The notes under the pieces were generated by a model, which worked only from the letters and a program-made list of their open reading frames with translations, was not told the DNA's origin and did not search any database. A stretch of DNA of 64,000 nt from an uncultured Elioraea sp. (GTDB lineage Bacteria > Pseudomonadota > Alphaproteobacteria > Acetobacterales > Acetobacteraceae): positions 19,008-83,007 of the forward strand of contig CALFVI010000034.1 in the NCBI GenBank assembly GCA_937928775.1, written 5' to 3'. A program made the translations under genes and the position numbers. Numbering within the stretch: position 1 is the first letter of the stretch; each line of letters opens with the position of its first letter. Below are positions 59,016 through 64,000 of this stretch, one piece after another.

Positions 59016-59395
59016 TGCTCCCTGCCGAGCATGCGCCCGAGCGGCCGCCCACCGAAGATGTGGACGTGGAAATGCGGCACCTCCTGATGCGCATCACGCC
59101 CCATGTTGCTGAGCACCCGGTAGCCCGAGGGTTCAAGCCCCAACTCCTTCGCCACCCGCCCAACCGCGCGCCAAAAGCCGGCCACCTCTGCATCGGAGGC
59201 GTTGGCCGAGAAGTCGGCGATCGAGACGTAGCGGCCTTTTGGGATAACCAGCACGTGCACCGGGGCTTGCGGGTTGATGTCGTGGAAGGCGAGGGCGTAC
59301 TCGTTCTCATACACCCTCTTGCAGGGGATCTCGCCGCGCAGGATGCGGGCGAAGACGTTGGTCTCGTCGTAGGGCGGAAGGCCGGTCACTGCCAT
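59012..59395 (-). CDS. HIT-family (HinT-like) nucleotide-binding protein
   Basis: YDETNVFARILRGEIP, AFHDINPQAPVHVLVIPK, QEVPHFHVHIFGG. Confidence 0.95.
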   Translation of the reverse strand: MAVTGLPPYDETNVFARILRGEIPCKRVYENEYALAFHDINPQAPVHVLVIPKGRYVSIADFSANASDAEVAGFWRAVGRVAKELGLEPSGYRVLSNMGRDAHQEVPHFHVHIFGGRPLGRMLGREQ

Positions 59396-59423
59396 CGTGG
59401 TCCTCGCTGCACTCCCGCGAGGG

Positions 59424-59900
59424 CTAGCACAGCTTGCGGCTCTTCGGCAGGCGGGGCGCAAGCTTCGGCTGGGCTAGAGCCCGCGCACGGGCGGCCTTCT
59501 CGGCGATGCCACTGATGCCCTGGCGGCGTTCGAGCTCCGCCCAGATCTCCTCCGGCCGCACCCCCGCATCCACCCAGACGACGATGAGATGATACAGAAG
59601 ATCGGCACTCTCCGCGATCAGCCCCGCGCGGTTGCCGCGGGTCGCTTCGATCACCGTCTCCACCGCCTCCTCCCCGAGCTTCTGTGCCACCTTGGCGGTG
59701 CCGCGGGAGAGCAGCCGGGCGGAGTGCGAGGACTCGGGGTCGCCCCCCTTGCGCGAGAGCACTGTGGCATACAGGCGGTCGAGCAGAGTGGCGTCTGGCA
59801 GGCGAGGAGGCGCGACCAGGGGCTTGAGGGAGGCGAGCAGCGCGCGGTTCCTCTTGCCGGCCTTGTCGTCCTTGTCGCGGTCCTTGTCGCGCTTGGCCAT
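59424..59900 (-). CDS. hisE: Phosphoribosyl-ATP pyrophosphatase
   Basis: [36 protein letters not shown]. Confidence 0.95.
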   Translation of the reverse strand: MAKRDKDRDKDDKAGKRNRALLASLKPLVAPPRLPDATLLDRLYATVLSRKGGDPESSHSARLLSRGTAKVAQKLGEEAVETVIEATRGNRAGLIAESADLLYHLIVVWVDAGVRPEEIWAELERRQGISGIAEKAARARALAQPKLAPRLPKSRKLC

Positions 59901-59904
59901 GGTG

Positions 59905-60678
59905 TCAGGCGGGTTCAGGGCTAGGCAGGCGGACGGGCAGGCCCGCGTCGGCCAGCGCCTGCTTCAGCTCGGGGATGGCGAGGGTGCCGAAGTGGAACAC
60001 ACTCGCTGCAAGCAGGCCCGTCGCTCCGGTCCGCGCGGCATCCACGAAGTGCTCACGACGGCCCGCCCCGCCCGAGGCGATGACGGGTAGCCCCGTCGCC
60101 TCCACGACGCGGCGCGTGAGGTCGAGGTCGAAGCCCTCGCCCGTACCGTCGCGGTCCATCGAGGTGAGCAGGATTTCGCCCGCGCCCCGGCGCGCCGCCT
60201 CCTCAGCCCAGGCGATCGCGCAGCGCCCCGTGGGCCTACGCCCGCCGTGCACGAACACCTCCCAGCGGCCCGGGGCGGTGCGCTTGGCGTCGATCGCGAC
60301 CACAATGCACTGGCTGCCGAACATGCCGGCCGCTTCCTCGATGAGCTCTGGCCGGGCGACGGCGGCGGAGTTGATCGACACCTTGTCCGCCCCGGCGAGC
60401 AGCAACGCCCGCATGTCGGCCACCGTGCGCACCCCGCCGCCGACGGTGAGCGGCAGGAACACGCACTCTGCGGTGCGAGCGACCACGTCGAGGAGCGTGC
60501 CACGGTTCTCCACCGAGGCGGCGATGTCGAGGAAGACGAGTTCGTCCGCGCCCGCTTCGTCGTAGGCGCGGGCCTGCTCGACCGGGTCGCCCGCGTCGCG
60601 CAACGCGACGAAGTTCACGCCCTTGACGACACGGCCGTCCTTCACGTCGAGGCAGGGGATGATGCGAATGCTGAGCAT
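59905..60678 (-). CDS. hisF: Imidazole glycerol phosphate synthase cyclase subunit
   Basis: [60 protein letters not shown]. Confidence 0.99.
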   Translation of the reverse strand: MLSIRIIPCLDVKDGRVVKGVNFVALRDAGDPVEQARAYDEAGADELVFLDIAASVENRGTLLDVVARTAECVFLPLTVGGGVRTVADMRALLLAGADKVSINSAAVARPELIEEAAGMFGSQCIVVAIDAKRTAPGRWEVFVHGGRRPTGRCAIAWAEEAARRGAGEILLTSMDRDGTGEGFDLDLTRRVVEATGLPVIASGGAGRREHFVDAARTGATGLLAASVFHFGTLAIPELKQALADAGLPVRLPSPEPA

Positions 60679-60800
60679 GACCCTGTGTGGTCCTTTCTCG
60701 GCCGCTCCCTCAACCCTCGTCGTGTGCCTCTAGCTGCCGTGGTCGCGCAAACAAAATCTCTGCGGTGCTGGTCAGGTCTTTTCGCCGGGGGCAGAACAGG

Positions 60801-61355
60801 ATGCGCAAGAGTGGATTGCAAGGTCGGCGGGGCGCCTGGCGTCGGTCCGTTCTGTTCGCTCTGGTCGCGGCGACGCTGGCCGCGGCGTGCACCGGGGCGC
60901 CGGACGGCGTCACCCCCGTCCGCTTCGACCCCGACCGCTACCTCGGCACCTGGTACGAGATCGCGCGGCTCGATCACCGTTTCCAGCGTGGCGATGTGGC
61001 GGCGACGGCGACTTATGCGCTGAACGCCGACGGGTCCATCGCGGTGACGAATCGCGGCTGGCGGCCTGACGGAACGGAGCGATCGGTGACGGGGCGGGCG
61101 CGCTTTCTCGGGCCGCGCGACGTGGCTTCGCTTGCGGTGACCTTCCGCTGGCCGTTCGAGGGCGGCTATCACGTGATCCGGCTCGATCCGGACTATCAGA
61201 TCGCGCTCGTCTCAGGCCCGACGCGCGACTACCTCTGGCTGCTTGCGCGCACGCCCACCCTGCCCGAGTCGGTGGTGCAGGATTGGCTCGCCTTCGCCGC
61301 CGGCCTCGGCTATCCGGTCGAGCGCATCATCCGCTCGCAGCCGCCGCCTATTTGA
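60801..61355 (+). CDS. blc: Outer-membrane lipocalin
   Basis: Lipobox AAAC; RYLGTWYEIARLDHRF, ATYALNADGSIAVTN, YLWLLARTP. Confidence 0.92.
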   Translation: MRKSGLQGRRGAWRRSVLFALVAATLAAACTGAPDGVTPVRFDPDRYLGTWYEIARLDHRFQRGDVAATATYALNADGSIAVTNRGWRPDGTERSVTGRARFLGPRDVASLAVTFRWPFEGGYHVIRLDPDYQIALVSGPTRDYLWLLARTPTLPESVVQDWLAFAAGLGYPVERIIRSQPPPI

Positions 61356-61403
61356 GGCCTTAGGCTTGCCGCGGCGCGGGCGAGGCGGCATAGGGCGCCG
61401 GCT

Positions 61404-61742
61404 ATGGCGCGACGCCGCGAATACCTTGTCATCCCCCGCATGCTGCCACCCAAGCCGCCCTCGCGCTGGGCGCGGCGGGGCAAGATTTTTGCCGGCTGGG
61501 GCTTCCTCGCCCTCGGGGTGGCGGGACTGTTCTTGCCCTTCGTGCAGGGCTTCCTCTTTCTCGCCTTCGGCCTCTACATCCTGCGCGACGAATATGTCTG
61601 GGCGGGTCGCACCATCGATTGGTTGCGGCGGCGGTTTCCCCGCTACACGCGCCAGATGGACGAAGGCAAGGAGAGGGCTCAAGCCTGGCTCACGCGCTGG
61701 CGTCGTAAGATGCGGCGGACGCTGTACGAAGTGCGGCGCTGA
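61404..61742 (+). CDS. Small membrane protein (PGPGW/DUF454-like)
   Basis: AGWGFLALGVAGLFLPFVQGFLFLAFGLYILRDEYVWA. Confidence 0.75.
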   Translation: MARRREYLVIPRMLPPKPPSRWARRGKIFAGWGFLALGVAGLFLPFVQGFLFLAFGLYILRDEYVWAGRTIDWLRRRFPRYTRQMDEGKERAQAWLTRWRRKMRRTLYEVRR

Positions 61743-61840
61743 ACCCCTCGCGGCGGGTTGCTTGCAGCTTGGCTGCGAGCGAGGCTCAAATCATGGGCCG
61801 AGGACGGTTGGACCGACGGTCCATGATGCGTGCGGGAACC

Positions 61841-62788
61841 ATGCCGCGGAGCGACCTCTACCCCGACATTTCGCCATACGAGAGCGGCTACCTACCTCTC
61901 GACCACGGGCACATGATGTATTGGGAGCAGGTGGGCACGCCCAAAGGGATGCCCGTGCTGTTCCTGCACGGCGGGCCCGGAGCGGGGGCAGGGGCGGTGC
62001 ATCGTCGCTTCTTCGACCCCGCCCGGTTCAGGGTGATAATCTTCGACCAAAGGGGCGCGGGCCGGTCCCGCCCTTTGGGGTCGCTGGTCGCCAACGACAC
62101 GCCGCACTTGATCGCCGACATCGAGCGGCTGCGCGTGCTTCTCGGGGTTGAGCGTTGGCTCGTCTTCGGCGGCTCTTGGGGCTCCACGCTCGGGCTCGCT
62201 TACGGTCAGGCGCACCCTGAGCGTGTGCGGGGCTTTGTGCTGCGGGGCATCTTCCTCGGCCGCGACGAGGAGGTGGCGTGGTTCCTCTACGGGCTGAGGC
62301 GCTTTTTCCCAGAGGCCTGGGCCAGGTTCGCAGGCCAAGTGCCGGAGGCAGAGCGCGCAGACCTGCTCGAGGCCTACTGGAAGCGTCTCACCCACCCCGA
62401 TCCGAAGGTGCACCTGCCGGCGGCGCGGGCATGGAGTATCTACGAGGGGTCGTGCTCCACGCTGCTTCCGTCGCCCGAGACGGTGGCCTCCTTCGCTGAC
62501 GACCGAACCGCCCTCGGCCTGGCGCGGATTGAGGCGCACTACTTTCGCCATCGCCTGTTCCTGCCCGAGGGGGGGTTGCTGGCGGGCATGGGGCGGATCG
62601 CGTCCATCCCGGCCGAGATTGTGCAAGGGCGCTATGACATGATTTGCCCGCCGGAGAGTGCGGCGGAGCTCGCCGCGGCCTGGCCGGCCGCACGGCTGAC
62701 CATGGTGCCGGATGCTGGGCACTCGGCCCTCGAACCCGGGATCAGGGCGGCGCTGCTGGCGGCGATGGAGCGGTTCTGGCGCGGCTAG
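61841..62788 (+). CDS. pip: Proline iminopeptidase
   Basis: LFLHGGPG, FDQRGAGRS, VFGGSWGSTL, VLRGIFL, ARIEAHYF, VQGRYDMICP, DAGHS. Confidence 0.96.
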   Translation: MPRSDLYPDISPYESGYLPLDHGHMMYWEQVGTPKGMPVLFLHGGPGAGAGAVHRRFFDPARFRVIIFDQRGAGRSRPLGSLVANDTPHLIADIERLRVLLGVERWLVFGGSWGSTLGLAYGQAHPERVRGFVLRGIFLGRDEEVAWFLYGLRRFFPEAWARFAGQVPEAERADLLEAYWKRLTHPDPKVHLPAARAWSIYEGSCSTLLPSPETVASFADDRTALGLARIEAHYFRHRLFLPEGGLLAGMGRIASIPAEIVQGRYDMICPPESAAELAAAWPAARLTMVPDAGHSALEPGIRAALLAAMERFWRG

Positions 62789-63102
62789 GCTGTCGAACTC
62801 GCCCCCTCCTTCGCGCGCATGCGGACGTGCGGCGACCGCCTGAGTGATCCTGGCTCGCAGAGTCGCGTCCTCGGCGTGCATGCAAACGCAACGAGAGCGC
62901 GTTCAAGAACGGCCCCATTCGCGGCGCCAGCTCGGCGCCTTGCTGACGCGACCAAGCGATCCCACGCTTCGACGCGCGGATGGCTTGGCCGATGGCGGAA
63001 CGCGCCTGCCTCGGCCGCCACAAGGCCGTCCCCACCGCAGGGGGCGAGGCCCTTGACCGCCTGGGAACGAAACCGCGGGGAGGGGGGTGACAGGCCCGCG
63101 CG

Positions 63103-63444
63103 TCAGGCCGTCACCGGCCGATGCTCCACACCCTTTTCGGTGAAGAGCTGGCCGAGCTCACCCGACTGGAACATTTCGGTGACGATGTCGCAGCCGCCGA
63201 CGAACTCGCCCTTCACATAGAGCTGCGGGATGGTCGGCCAATTGGTGAATTGCTTGATGCCTTCGCGCAATGAGGGGTCCTCGAGCACGTTCACCGCTTT
63301 GAACTTCACCCCCATGTGCATCAGGATTTGCACAACTCTGGCGGAGAAGCCGCACTGCGGGAACATCGCGGTGCCCTTCATGAAAAGGACAACCGGGTTT
63401 TCGCTGATTTCCGCCTGGATGCGCTCGAAGACCGGATTGGACAT
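63103..63444 (-). CDS. grxD: Monothiol glutaredoxin Grx4
   Basis: LFMKGT..FPQCGFS, WPTIPQLYVKGEFVGGCDI. Confidence 0.97.
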   Translation of the reverse strand: MSNPVFERIQAEISENPVVLFMKGTAMFPQCGFSARVVQILMHMGVKFKAVNVLEDPSLREGIKQFTNWPTIPQLYVKGEFVGGCDIVTEMFQSGELGQLFTEKGVEHRPVTA

Positions 63445-63536
63445 CGCGCTTTCGCCTTTTCCGCCTCTCTGGGTTGATCCGCATGCCTTGGGGGGCGCGC
63501 GCGGGCTGCCGGGTGTCCGGGGTCCGTGCGCGCTGC

Positions 63537-63773
63537 TCAGTCCTGCGGGGCCGCCGTTTGGAGAGCGAGTGCGTGCAGCGCACCGCCCATTCGCCCCTGC
63601 AGGGCCGCGTAGACCATCTGGTGCTGCTGCACCCGGGTTTTGCCCTTGAAGGAGGGTGAGATGACGGTTGCCGCGTAGTGGTCTCCGTCGCCACGCAGAT
63701 CCTCGACCGTCACCTGGGCGTCTGGCAAGGCCGCCTTGATCAGCGCCTCGATTTCCGCTGCCGACATCGGCAT
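63537..63773 (-). CDS. bolA: BolA-family protein
   Basis: DLRGDGDHY, FKGKTRVQQHQMVY, LHALAL; adjacent to grxD. Confidence 0.93.
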   Translation of the reverse strand: MPMSAAEIEALIKAALPDAQVTVEDLRGDGDHYAATVISPSFKGKTRVQQHQMVYAALQGRMGGALHALALQTAAPQD

Positions 63774-64000
63774 CGTGTCATCCCCGTTCGTTCCGTGCGC
63801 GCGCGAAAACGTGCCGCTTCGTCCCTGCCCCGCTGCCGCCGCCCTGCCGCTCCCGCCTCGCCTTCTCGCTGGCGCGACGCCTCGCCCTTTCGCGGCCTCG
63901 CCGGCCCGACCCCAGGGCTCACGCCGATTCGGCCATCCAGCGCGGAAACCAGGACTGATGCGCTTCGCGCAGCTGCGCAAGCGATATGGAGAGAGCACCG

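Noticed and set aside
62788-63103. Short ORFs in the pip-grxD gap
   Set aside because: Arg/Ala-rich, no RBS or motif, mutually overlapping; treated as non-coding.

Overview
High-GC alphaproteobacterial chromosome segment. Gene content and order suggest a Rhodospirillales/Acetobacteraceae-like organism, but that is an inference. From left to right it carries: the 3' end of katG; a NUDIX gene; a tkt-like-gap-pgk operon; terC; a complete aa3-type cytochrome c oxidase operon (coxB-coxA-ctaB-small ORF-ctaG-coxC-DUF983-SURF1) running on into an M32 carboxypeptidase, thrC and an M16 peptidase; a TAXI-TRAP transporter; a ~32 kb PEP-CTERM/exosortase-A-type exopolysaccharide locus; tRNA-Arg(CCG); a lipoprotein hydrolase; a zf-CHCC gene; polA; a decayed SIMPL-like gene; hit-hisE-hisF; blc; pip; grxD and bolA. 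The EPS locus includes wza, a chain-length determinant, tyrosine kinase, beta-barrel, ATPase, deacetylase, wzx, FemAB-like, prsK/prsR/prsT, an O-ligase, glycosyltransferases and one PEP-CTERM protein, but no exosortase is in view. I saw no CRISPR array, transposase, integrase or prophage. Most notable: (1) an intact transketolase homologue that appears to have lost essentially all ThDP-binding and catalytic residues yet leads the gap-pgk operon; (2) a ~1430-aa YetA/PL26-like + cadherin + ConA-like protein in the EPS locus whose N-proximal domain recurs as a separate small twin-Arg exported protein about 6 kb away; (3) a sigma-54 promoter with a TGT-N11-ACA enhancer on the PEP-CTERM gene, and a perfect CtrA box on a small orphan gene; (4) unannotated small membrane proteins, clustered short tandem duplications, and an amber codon inside a CPxC zinc-binding motif. 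All family calls come from motif recognition by eye, not from database searches.
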